From the NCBI RefSeq assembly GCF_000315625.1, contig NW_005434608.1, forward strand, positions 83,449-147,448: DNA of 64,000 nucleotides. Direction: 5' to 3'. A program made the translations under genes and the position numbers. The first letter of the stretch is position 1, and every line of letters begins with the position of its first letter. The notes beneath the pieces are model-generated. The model did no database searches and had not been told where the DNA came from. It saw only the letters and a list, made by a program, of their open reading frames with translations. Positions 46,380 through 58,280 of this stretch are shown here, piece after piece. This stretch comes from Guillardia theta CCMP2712 (Eukaryota > Protista > Cryptophyta).

Positions 46380-47731
46380 AGTTTCTGTTCACAGAATCAG
46401 CTTTCTTCTCCTCTCTCTGCAGCCATCAACACCTCCCCTGCTAGTATCATGGTGTTGAGGACTTTCGAGTCTGTGAGGACTCTGTCCTTCTGCTCCTTCT
46501 CCACTCCCTCACGCTGGGGAGGATGGACTGATGAAAGCAAGCAGGTAAGAGCATGCTGCCTTCAACTTCTCTTTCACTCCTGCAACTTCTCATGCACCAA
46601 CCTCCCTCTCCTGTTCTCCTCCACCTCCAGACTTTTCACATGACAGCATTTTCCTTCCCGTTCCCGTGCCCATCCTACTTCCCTCCTCCTCCTTCCACCT
46701 CGGATGTCTCGGGGGTCCAGTCCGTCTATGACCAGCTGCAGTGTCTTTCGGATCATGTCAGTCCTGGGGCAGGAAGGCAGTCGCTCTGCCAGTCTGATCA
46801 GTCCCGTGCGCAATATGAATCAGCTCTCCTCGCACCTGCTAAATCTCTCAACCCCATCCCCTTGTCGTCCACCTTGGTGAAGTCTGCTCCTCTGCTCAAC
46901 AGCACCTGCAGGAACACCTCATCACGTGCCCCTCCACCTTCTCGCCCGCTTCCTCCCTTCTCCCTATCCCCCGCCTCATGATCCTCCTCCTCCTCACAAT
47001 CGCCTTCCTCCTGACCTGAAGACATTCGAGGTTTCCCTTCCTCACAGCCCAGAAGATGGGTGTCCTCCCCAACCCGTCCTTGGCTTCGATGTTGGCTCCT
47101 AGGTCACAGAGCTTGGCTGCAATCTCCTGCAATCCTCTATGGCATGCCCAGTGCAGCGGGCTCCTCCGCGAGTTCTTGTACCATATGCTCGCATCCGTCG
47201 TGTTCACATCAGCCCCTAGCTTCGCAAGAATCTCAACCACTCCAACGTGCCCGGATATCGTAGCTAGGAGGAGAGGAGTCCTGCCGACGAAGTTCCTATG
47301 CTCCAAGTCGCTCCCGAGCTTCACAAGCTTCTCAACAATGTCGACCTGTCATGGAAAACCGTCACCGTGTCCTCTACCATCAAGACCTGTTCGCTCACAT
47401 TTCCCTCCTTGGCTGCAAGGTGCAAGACAGTCTGTTTCCAAGTGTCTTCAGCCTTGAGAACGTCAGGGTAGATCTTGAAGATCTTCTTGATGCTTTCCTC
47501 TTCGTTGGATCGCAACGCTGCAAGAAGCCGGTCGATCTCCTTCATGGGAAGGGTCAAGGAGGATGGTGTATACATCGCATTCCCTCCTCCCCGTAAGGTC
47601 AGAGCTGCACCATGAGATCCCTCTCTTCCAGCAGCTGAAAAATCTTTACCCTCTGTAAGAGCAAATGCAGATCCTTCAAGGCAGGACAGGACGAGCAAGC
47701 ACGGGAGAACAGAGCTGATGATTGAATGCAT
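46380..47731 (-). CDS. Ankyrin-repeat protein with a signal peptide and LTLRGG
   Basis: MHSIISSVLPCLLVLSCLEGSAFA|...AALTLRGG; repeats TVLHLAAKEG, GRTPLLLATISGH, SPLHWACHRG and GRTPIFWAVRKG. Confidence 0.85.
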
Positions 47732-48478
47732 GGTCCCAGCAGTTTCGCTTCCTTGCAAACGTCCGGTCCAACAAGACTGAATTCACCACCACCACAACCA
47801 CAACCACTTCCTCCTCCTCTTGTTTGAGAAGACGCCGCCTCAAATACTCCTCTACTCTCTAATCCCCTTCCTTCACCTCTTCCTCTTTCTTCTCTTTCTC
47901 CTCTTTCTCTTCCTCTCCTCTTCCTCTTCCTCTTCCTCTTCCTCTCCTCCTCTCTCCTCCTCCTCGCCTCGTCTTACCCTCTTCCTCTCCCTCTCTTCCT
48001 CCTCCTACCCTCTCCTCTCTCCTTCTCCTCTAGAGTGCGATGGTCCCTGATCCTTCCGCCATACGATCCCGCGGCCGCCAAGTTCCTTTCTACTCGACCT
48101 TGAATTCATGCCCCTCATACAGCCTGCAGCCCTCATACAGCACAGAAAAACCGGGGCCCCTGCGGGGCCCCTGCTGGGCCGCCCTGGAAATGTCACGGTG
48201 CTGGCCCCCGAAATGTGCTGGTAATTTAAGACAGGGAACTCAGTAAGTTCCAGGCCTACCCGGGGTTCATCAAGGCGGCCCCGGCGTCCGAGACCATCAG
48301 GGCCGAGACCGCGCCCGGCCCCGCGGCGGCTGAGCCGCTCAGGCTAGCAGCGGGCCCGAGCCCGGGGGCCCGGCCGGGCACTCGGCCAGCCGGAGGCACA
48401 GGCTCAGTAGCACCTGAAACACTTGGCTCTTCGCCGCATGCTCTGCAAGAGGTGGGTAGGAGATGTGGAGGGCAGAGA

Positions 48479-50887
48479 ATGAGAGCTGCTGCAGGTCTTC
48501 TTGGTCTGCTGTTTGATCGCACAGGACGAACCAGGAGGATGTCGAGCAGGAGGCTGATGGCTGCCGCCTCGATGGCAGTCGTAGCATGCGCTCTTGTGGC
48601 GTTGAAGGTCCCGTAGCCCTTGATTCCTGCCGTGTCTCACCTTGCGGATCATACAGCTTCAATCACAGGCTGCAGGCCACAGCGAGGCCTCTAGTCTTGC
48701 CAGCAAGGGTGCGGTGAAAGTGGACATGGAGGCGGTACATGCACTCCACTCACGCGATCCAAACTTCCCCGTGGTCTCCCCATCGGAAGCTGATGGGAAT
48801 GCCGTAAGAGTGGACGGGGTACGTGGTGAGGAACTGAAGTATCATCAAGGAGGCGCTTTCCGTCGAGCATGCCAAGTGGAAGAGTGTTTACCCTATGAAG
48901 TTCTCTGCCAAGACTTCGCACTCTGTTCCGGTGATGCCACTTGTGAGGAGGGGAGTTTTTTTCCTCATCCCGTTGCAGGAAAACTCGCATGCTGAGTGGA
49001 GCATGAAAGAGAAGCAGATGCAGAGGTAGTCTGGCTCGATGTGCTAGTCTTTCAAGGAAGTTTACCGTCCCGAGCAGAGCAATCCACGTCTTTCACAAGT
49101 ACGGGGACATGGCGCTCGAGAAGCTGCTTCCTCCCAAGCACAAACCTGCTCTGAGACACTTGTGAGCAATAGAGTTGACGCTACATTTCATGACCCACCT
49201 TGGCAGTGAACCATTGCGAGTGGAATCTTCGCGCTCGTCCCCCCGCTCATTCACGACCAAGAACGCTCAAGAAGCGATCGACGCTGTTGAGAAAAACCTG
49301 GAGAAATCGCAGGAGTCCAAGATCGAGCAGATGAACGCGAGGGAGGCAGGACTTCTCTACGCTGCGAAAACGAAGCAGGAAGACCTTACCCGCAAGTTTC
49401 AGAGACAGCTCGCACGCGAGAAGCGACGAGAGTCAAATCTGAAGAAGGAGCTGTCCGTAGTCTCGAGTGAGAACAACAAGCTTCAGGCCAGGAACTCGCA
49501 CCTTTCTTCGTTGATTGAGAAATCGTTGCGTGCAAGGGACAAGAGCCAAACCAGAATAGACAAGTTGGACGACGAGATCTCATCGATGAAGAAGACAGAA
49601 GAAATGAACATCGCAGATCTGAAAAGCAAGCTAAGGCATGTCGAGGACGACAACAAGGTTGCCGTGGTGAAATGACCTTGATTCGATGGCTAATCTTGGT
49701 TTTAGTCTCTCCGCAACCAGATTCGGCACACTGACGCCAAGGAGAATTCAATCACCAATGTTGCTGCAGCTCATAAAGATGTCAAGGTTTGTCTCCTCTT
49801 CGTGACAAAACGCAACTGAAATGTCTTGCCCCTGTCCAGGAGCAGTTGCGCACGCTGCCAAATGATTCGGAGAGCAGAGCTGTAAATCTCGCGACCACGT
49901 ACTTGAGTCCTGAGTACGAGAAGGTAGCTGCAGATTGTGCATGCCTTGTTCATGATTCTTGTTGGTATTCGAAAGGATGATCGCACGAGGAGCTTCCTTC
50001 TGAGAAAACAGCAACAAGAAGAGCAGGAAGAGAGCGCGGCGGTTACGCCTCATCCAGTGAAGCAGAACAAGCACGAGAACAAGGCAATTGATCTGGCATC
50101 TACTTACTTGAGTCCGGAATACGAGAAGGTGAAGCTCTGACTTGGAATTTCAACCTGTTGATCTCTGTTCTGCGTGGATAGAACGATCGCACGAGGAGCT
50201 TCCTTCTGAGAAAGCAGCAACAAGAAGAGCAGGAAGAGAGAGCGGCGGTCACGCCTCATCCAGTGAAGCAGAACAAGCACGAGAACAAGGCAATTGATCT
50301 GGCATCTACTTACTTGAGTCCGGAATACGAGAAGGTAACACTCCATGTTTGATAAATGGATGCCCATCTGAAAGCATGCCAGCGTATCGCTTTCGCTCGC
50401 TCGTCGTTCGAAATGCATCCGGTCGGTCTTTCTTTGCGCTACTTTGGTCTTCTAGGTGACTGATCCCTCCTTGCAGCTTCGCAGGCAGAAATCCCTGGAG
50501 GAAAGTTATTGCGAGGCTTGTGTGACTGGCCCAGACTGTCTCTCTGGGTGTAGAATCATGTCTTCTGCTCCTCACCCGGCCGCTACCCACAAGGTCAAGG
50601 CCGTTGAAGCTAAACCCGCAGAGCCCAAGGTTTCTCGTCCTCAGCAGGTGTTACCTCAGGTGGGCGTCACTACACGAGGTGTTTGGTTCTTCAACCCCTC
50701 ACTATTCGGCTTCCAGGTGGCGACCAGGAGTGTTTCCCCGGTGAAGCCAGTCACACAGGTATTCCTTATTTCCGAGTCTCCTTCTCCTCGCCTGACGAGT
50801 TTCCTCTTCCTCCCTCCTCAGGCCAGCGTGTGGGGCCTTGGATGGAGTGCCATCACCAATACCTTCGCCAACTTGTTTCACTTGTAA
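48479..50887 (+). CDS. Signal-anchored coiled-coil protein with tandemly duplicated exons
   Basis: N-terminal hydrophobic anchor (MAAASMAVVACALVALK), a coiled-coil exon at 49207-49657 and three LA(S/T)TYLSPEYEK motifs. Confidence 0.6.
49979..50335 (+). repeat. Tandem exon duplication (~150 bp, 49979-50130 vs 50185-50335)
   Basis: Near-identical exon sequence with unrelated flanking introns. Confidence 0.9.
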
Positions 50888-51973
50888 CTTCTTTAAACTC
50901 GGAGAGTCCCATGGTCGGGAACCTTGAACCGTACCGTTGTTGCAGTTGGCCAGTGCGCACAGCCGCTGTGCCCGGCGCAGCGCCGCCCCGCCCGGACCGC
51001 CGCTTGGAGGCGCGGCCGTGGTCCGACGGTCACTCGCCGTGACACTGCTTGTTGCCCCCGCGGGGCCGAGCCAGCCGGGCCCGTTCGAGTGTCGCCGACC
51101 GTGACTCCCGAACCTTTCTTCAACTCAGTCACTGCTGAGGCAGGCCTCCCTTGTCTTGTACCCCACCCCACCCACCTCCGCCCCGATCCATCTACAGCGA
51201 ATTTGGAGAGGTGGGGTGGATTTCAATGGATGGTGAGGGAGTCCACTGACGGGGTGGGTGCTGATAAGGCTCTTTGGTAAGAGGGAAAGAGGGGTACTTT
51301 AAGGTATAAGAAGGGGTGGTATTACTCGAAGATACGGAGCACTCTGGTGGGGTTGATTTGATGTAGGGGTAGGGGTCATTTGTTGTACGACTCAACTTTA
51401 GTCAAGTTTGCTCGAGCCGCGTGCGAGCCGCCATGGCTGGAAAGATGCAGGGGGTCGGGGAAAGGAGGAGGAGGAAGAGGTGAGTAGGAGACACAGCCCC
51501 TCTCTTGCTAGCGACCATGGTGCATCTGTGAAGCTCGCCCAAACTTCTCTTTGTGCCCGCCCTCCTTGTCGAAGGCCTCTGCTGTCACTGGTTGCAGCTG
51601 ACAGCGGGCGAGAGCTGTAGAGCGAGTCCTTTGTCCTCAAGCAGTTTGCCTTTATTCCTACTTGTAGTTGACTCACGAGATTTGATAACCTCATGTTCCC
51701 CCATGGATTGCTATGTTGAAGTCGAACTTCACTGATGATATGAATCCCTTGTGTTGCCCCCCAGGACTAGTCTCGAATTCCGTCTGCCCGATGCTGACAA
51801 GTCGTTCCTCTGCAGCCTCGAGGAAGTTGGAGCATGATGGTGCGAGGGTCGAATGCCGCTCGACACGGCATGCCGCGCTGCTAATCTGAGAGACCATTGT
51901 TGAAGATCGGATCCAGACCTGAGGGACAGGTTCGCAGCGCAGGCATTGACTGGAGCGTCGAGTTCATTCCACC

Positions 51974-54900
51974 ATGAAACATCGTGATCAAGCTGGGCGA
52001 TACAATGATGGGTACCGTGATTCTGCAGAGGATTCAGGGCGCCGAAGACAAGGAGGGAGAAATTTCATGCAGCATGACGACAGGACCGAACGCAATTCCG
52101 ATAGACAAGGCAGGTCAGTACTGCAACGCCCGTGCAACAAGGGCAGCTTTCTTACTGATGTGTGGTATGCAGACAAAGAAACAATGACGACGATGAGTTT
52201 CGAATGTGTGTGAAAAAGATTATGGATGACTTCCTCAAGGGGGACGAAGTCATCCTCTCGTTTCCACCTCAACTCACGGCCCGTGAAAGAAAAGTTGTGC
52301 ACGAATTTTGCGAGGTCCTTCGTGCTCTTCAAAAGCAGCAGGAGTACTGACTGTCATGGATAACAGATGATGGAACTCGTCCACGAGTCTTCTGGTGAAG
52401 GAGATGCTCGTCATATCATCGTGAACAAGAATGTTAACTCCGTGGAGGGGAAGGGTATCAAGTATGTTTCGACGGAGAACTTGATGCGTTCGGGGGGAAA
52501 ACCGCGGGCATCTGGAGGTTCTAAGTTCTCTTCGAATGAAGAGAAGGAGAAAGACAGTGCGCCTAGGGAGGTTGGGTTTGTTTGGAGCTTGAAGGAGAAT
52601 TATGGCTTCGTCAGACATGCTGACACTGAGGGCCAGTATTTCTTCCACTTCTCCGAGCTACGAGATGCCGATCCAAGTGAGTTGACGAGGGGATCAGAAG
52701 TAGAATTTGGGTTGCATCAGAGCAGGCCTGGCGAAAAGACCATGGCCGTGCGTGTTGTGCTATTGCCTAAGGGCACTATCAAGATGGAGGAAACAGTGCG
52801 GTCGGGTTTGGAAGGTGTGATCATTCGGGAGCTGCGGGAAAGTCGATCGTATGACAGGAGCCAGAAACGAGAACTGTATGGTGGTAGAGTGTTGCTTCCT
52901 GCGGCCGATGAAGGCCCCGAGGGGGAAGCTGGATCTAGTGATGCTGCTTCCTCACGCACTGGAGGAGGCAAGGGGGTGAAGGCAGGGAAAGGATCGCAGG
53001 ACTGGATCTTTGGAGGGGATGATGTCTTGCCGAAGCCTGATGGTGGACGATACATGCCTGCAGAGGGCGACATGGTTCGTTTCGACGTTGTATATTCCCG
53101 ATCCTCGAAATCAGAGAAGGCCACCAATATATTGTTTGTTTCTAGTACTGCACAAAAGGGCGCCGTAAGGGAAATGGGGACTGTGACCATGGTCAAGGAC
53201 AGTTACGGCTTTATCAAATGCTGCGATCGAGATGAGAGGCTTTTCTTTCATTTCAGTGAGGTTAACCAGAGAGACCTTATCCCAAGGTATTGAAGTTGTC
53301 AAGTCCCTTTGGCAAACTGATGATGCGCTGCCAGGGTTGGGGATGAAATCGAATTCACAGTGCAAGCAGATCGTGAAGGAAGGAATGTTGCAGTACAGAT
53401 CACTCCCCTTCCTAAAGGCACCGTTGTTTATACAAAAATTCTTGACGGAAGGTGACCTTCCAGTCGCCTGGGGCTTTATATCCATTATGACCTTGTTTGT
53501 TTTCTTCAGGTTAAAGGGCACTGTAGAACGCCCTCTCAAGATTCCTTCTTCGAAGAAATCTGGATTCTCGAATTCGGGCCGAGGGAACAGTGAGGCTTTT
53601 GGCGGCACGATCAAGTATGTAGATTCCGAAGGCAAGCAAGCCAAGATACAGTTCGATGGCTCGGATTTGAACGATTATCGTGGACACTTTCCATTCATCG
53701 GCGATGAAGTGGATTTTCAAATTTGCATGGATAAACCAACAAAGAAGTTGAGAGCAGTTGATGTGAGTACTCCTTTGTCAGAACTTTCAAATTGTCTGAT
53801 GATTCCATCCAGGTGAAAATCATCTCTTTCGGCGCTCAGGAGAGGGAGCGGGGGATCATCATGAGATGCAAAGAAGGCTTGAACTACTGTTTCATCAAGT
53901 GCTGCAACCGAGAAGACCCATTGTTTATGCACCTGAGCGAATTCGTCGGACCGGACTCAACTCCAGTACCCATCGATGATGAAAAATCTCACGATTCTTC
54001 ACCAGAGAACGATGGGAATGACGTCGGGTAAATGTTGTGTTCGCCTGCGGTATCGTCTTTAATTCGTCATGAAGGGCATCCGAAGGAGTGAAATCTCCTG
54101 ATAAGAATGCCGCGAGGACGGGGAAGATCAACAACGGAGATGAAGTGGAGTTCAACGTCTCCGAGAGCAAAGCCGACGGGCGTCTGATGGCTGTCAGGGT
54201 CACGAAGGTGTAACGGCTCCCTGCCTCACGTAGTCGTCTCACTGTCATGTAGCTTCCGCCAGGCTCAGTCAGCTTCGAAGAGACTCTCCCCGGCAAGTTC
54301 GAGGGGATAGTTGAACGGCCGCTACCAGAGAACCGAGGCATCCCCTCGGGAATGAGCAAGAAACTCAAAGACAAAGACATTGCATTCAAGGTGTATGAGC
54401 ATGCCGTATGTCTTCTTGTCTCATGGTGACTGAGCAGGGGCTGTTGCGGCCGCTAGAGCCGATTGTGATTGGCGAGACTGGAGAGGAGGAACCAAAGGTA
54501 GGGAGTTGTTATCACGGGCTTTGTGCGTGACGCTAGTGCAGGCCCCTGAAAATGAAAATGAGGAGAAGCCGGTGAAGGAGAAGAAGAAGGTTCGTTCTCC
54601 TCAGTTTCTCAGACTCCTTTGACACGCACCTTTCAGAGCTCGGCTAAGTCCAAGTCTAAGGAGCAAGAATGTGAATTCCTGACTTGGACGGCTAACGATC
54701 TCGCCAATCCTTCAGTCTTTCTTCACCATGGTGAGCTCGTCGAGAGTGCTCCAGGTTCTTGATAGTTCGTCTGTCAGGGGACAAAGTGAACTTCACCATC
54801 ATTTTGGACAAGCAGTACAAACGATTGAGAGCTGCAAGCATCACTCTAGCAGGTGCTCCGTACCTCTGTCCACCAGTGAGCTGACATGTTGCGCTGGCGC

Positions 54901-57176
54901 AGAAGCGAAACTAGGGGAGGGAGAGCAAGAGGCTTCTGAGAAGAAGGGGCCCCTCCTTGGACTCATCGCAGGTATAGATCCGCTGTCCGCTGCTTCCTAG
55001 CTCCTTACGCGTTGCCGAAGCTGTGAAGCACTCGCACGGATGGATCAAGTGCAACCAGCTCGAGAACTTCGTCTACTTCTCTTTCACAGATGTTGACCAT
55101 TCCACTTTGGCCAACGTCGAGCCGAACGAGGTGGAGCACAAGGTCCGTCCCAGAGGCCTTGACGCCGTCGGGCTGATGTCTCCCCTTAGAATTCACCGGG
55201 CGATGTGCACGAGCAACAAGAGGACGAGAATGCAGAGCATGACGAGCACCAGGAGCACGACAAGGAGGAGGCAGGAGCTGCGCCCGACGGGCACGCGAAG
55301 CTCCGCAAACCGAAAGCGAATGACGAAGTCTCCTTCTACCTGGTCTCTGAACCCTCCACTCGCGTTCTCAAGGCTGAGGACATCAAGGTAGAGCTGATGT
55401 GAGGAGGAGACGAGCTCAGCCTGACGATTGTCTTCAGATTCTGCCGAAGGGATCGGTCGAAGTAGAAACTTTCATGCCCACGAGGTTCAAAGGAGTCGTG
55501 TCCGGGCGTGTAAGAAGCTTTCGAGATCTGCTCGTTGTGTTGCTGACACGTTGACAACTGGCAGGCTGGAGGAAGCATGGAGACTTTGCATGCAGCCACA
55601 GGAGGAACCATCAAGCATGTTGAGGGCGACAAGGTGGGAAGCGCCTTGGATTTTCCTGTATCATGCTCGACCCGACTCTCCTCCTTGCACTTTGAGCCTC
55701 CGCGACTGATAGTGACGCTTCAGGTCGAGCAACTGAAGTTCAGCAACGTCGATGTCGATGAACCTCGCCATCTCATCTTGGATGGGCAGCACGTGGAGTA
55801 CAGGTATGCTTCTTGCTCTACCTGCTAGCATGCCTGTATTGGGAATGGCTCCCAGTACATGAGCTTCCGTTCTTCTCCTCGTTCATCTGCGATTTTATCT
55901 TTCGCCTCTTCCTCGGTATTCCTTCCTCTGCTGACATGACGTTGGGGCAGTGTGGCCGTTGACTCGAGCGGTGCGAAGAGGGCAAGACATGTCGTCGCTC
56001 TACCCACCGAGGTCAGTACAACCTCACCCTCCCGACACCCCTTTTCCTCCTCCATGTTCATCAGTCGTTGTTGTTGTTTTTTTTCACTGAACCTTGCTCT
56101 GCGCACTAATCCTCTCGTCTCCTTTCTTTCCCCTGTTTGCTCCGCGCCTGTCCCCTCCTCTCCTCCTACTTCCCCTGGCCTTACCTGATCTCGTCTGACG
56201 ATGTTGCGCAGGGCACGATTCAAGGACTGGAGAAGAACTGGGGCCTTGTCAAGGCTCTGTCGTCTCCCCCTGAACTGGATCGTCTGATCGCGTTCGAGAG
56301 CACAGAGGTGAAATCCGGTGGTGATGATGGTGATGGTGATGGTGATGGTGATGGTGATGGTGATGGTGATGGTGATGGTGATCAAAAATGATAGAGAGAG
56401 ATCAGGATAATCCGATGCATTGAGCTAGTCTTGCAGGTGGAGAAAGGCGATGCGGGCAAGCTTGACATAGGCAGCGACGTCCAATTCTTCTACACCCTCA
56501 ATCCGAAGACCTTCAAAGACATCGTTGCGGTCAGTGTTGGCTCTCTCCCTCTCCTCCCCCTTACGCCTCCTTCAGGTCCGTCTTAAGCGCTACTACCGTC
56601 AGAAGGAACCGGAGCGCATGCCGGAGAGGTTGAGCTCCTCCACGTGACCTCTTGTCGCTCACGAGCAAACAACCCGCAGGATGAAGCGGCAGCAGGACGT
56701 AGCTCGTGTCGTTGCCAGGATGGCAGCAGGTCCCGAGGATGGGAAGGGCTTCTCAGGTGAGCACGAGACGATATCGGCACTAGCCCTTGACATGTCCTCC
56801 TGCAGCGCCCATGACAAGAAGGCCGCACGAGGGATACCCCATCCTGGGAGGGAAGCTGAAGCCGCAGACCACACTCAACGCCAACGTGACGGAGTTCGTC
56901 CCCTCTTTCTCTGAGCCGACGCCAGTTCAGGGCGGAGCTCCTCAGCAGGTCTTCCCTCCTGCCAACTTCGCCGCGTTCCCTGTGGAGGCCGTCATGCACG
57001 GTGGTCACTTCGCTCCTCCTGGGTTCATCGTGGGTATGCCGCACGGGGTTGCTCCTGCCATGGCACCTGGCGTCAACCTCCCACATCCCTTCATGCCGCC
57101 GACAGTCCATGCGATGCCTCACCCCAACGGCGGGCCAGCAGATGTAAATAGTCTTGCTCCTCAGCATCCCTCGTAG
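51974..57176 (+). CDS. CSDE1/UNR-like multi-cold-shock-domain RNA-binding protein with an N-terminal R3H, SUZ-C and a C-terminal PAM2 motif
   Basis: R3H: [18 protein letters not shown]...HESSGEG. CSD motifs: YGFVRH..FFHFSE, YGFIKC..LFFHFSE, YCFIKC..LFMHLSE. SUZ-C: [15 protein letters not shown]2: [10 protein letters not shown]. Confidence 0.88.
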
Positions 57177-57506
57177 AGGATACGTAGAGTGTTGTCTTGT
57201 AGTACAAGAAGGCACCACACTCCAAGAAGCTCAATGACGCAATTACGGACGTTGAACTCTACATGGAGACAAGAGGGAAGTAGAGCTAGAGGAGCGACGA
57301 TGGCACTAAATCACATGTTTCAGCCTTGCGCTTGAAAATTTCAGCCTTGCGCTTGAAAAAAAAGATTTATTCCATCAAAGATGGCTGGATAAGGGGGGAG
57401 AAGACATATCCAACACGAGGAAGGGACTCCAGTGTCTTCATAGTATCACAAGTTGCTCCAAGAAGCTTGTTCGAGACCAAGAACAATGTCCACGTGCAAG
57501 CAACTT

Positions 57507-58280
57507 CTACACTGAAGCCTCCACACTGGCGCTGCTTGCGCTGGACACTTCATCGACCTTCTCGCGCGGAGAAGTGGACAGGACAGGCTCCTGCACTGGC
57601 AGCAGCTCCTCCACCGGAGCCTCAGTCACCAGCAGGTCAGCTGAAAGCTCGTCGAAGTCCATCTGCACGAGAGGGGACGAGCCGCGCTGCTCCACAGCAG
57701 TGGCCACTTCCTCCTGCTCGGGCTGCCCCTGCTCATCCTCGCCATACACCATCATCCGCACCATGCTCATAGCCACATGGCCGTTCTGGACCTGCGCGGA
57801 GTGGATCCTGTCGGCTTCGGGGTGCTGGCTCACACTGCTGTTCTCGTCCACGCTATCAAAGATGTCCGACACGTCATGGCTTGCGATGTAGGAGAAGGGC
57901 AGCTCGTAGGCAAGACCAGGTTGCATGACGACGTGGTTCCAAAACATCTTGCCATCGATGTTGTAGCTAGCAAGGCAGCAAGACTTCATGTCCCGGCCCG
58001 AAAGAGCACCTCTAAGCTGAGCCAGGTCGTCACAGTCCGTCAGCTCCCCGCAGAAAACGTCGAGGGATCGACCGACGAGGTTGTTTGTGCCCATCAGCTT
58101 GCACATGGCGGGCGAGGCGAATACAATGGGAAAGCCATCCTCTGAGTTGTCAACGATGATGAAGGCGTTGCAATCTGCAGAAACTTGGTCCGCCACGACC
58201 TCGCCGAAAGCCGTCCAAGCATCGACCTCCTCAGGAACCTGATCTGGGAGCGGGAGGGAGGATGGTTCAAGAGCAGTCAT
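57507..58280 (-). CDS. PAS (LOV-like) domain protein lacking the photoactive motif, intronless
   Basis: AFIIVD...FPIVFASPAMCKLMG...LVGRSLDVFCGELTD...YNIDGKMFWNHVVMQP, followed by an acidic tail. Confidence 0.75.
   Translation of the reverse strand: MTALEPSSLPLPDQVPEEVDAWTAFGEVVADQVSADCNAFIIVDNSEDGFPIVFASPAMCKLMGTNNLVGRSLDVFCGELTDCDDLAQLRGALSGRDMKSCCLASYNIDGKMFWNHVVMQPGLAYELPFSYIASHDVSDIFDSVDENSSVSQHPEADRIHSAQVQNGHVAMSMVRMMVYGEDEQGQPEQEEVATAVEQRGSSPLVQMDFDELSADLLVTEAPVEELLPVQEPVLSTSPREKVDEVSSASSASVEASV

Noticed and set aside
57318-57360. 21-bp tandem duplication TTTCAGCCTTGCGCTTGAAAA
   Set aside because: Two copies in a convergent 3' intergenic region, most likely slippage, with no further support for function.
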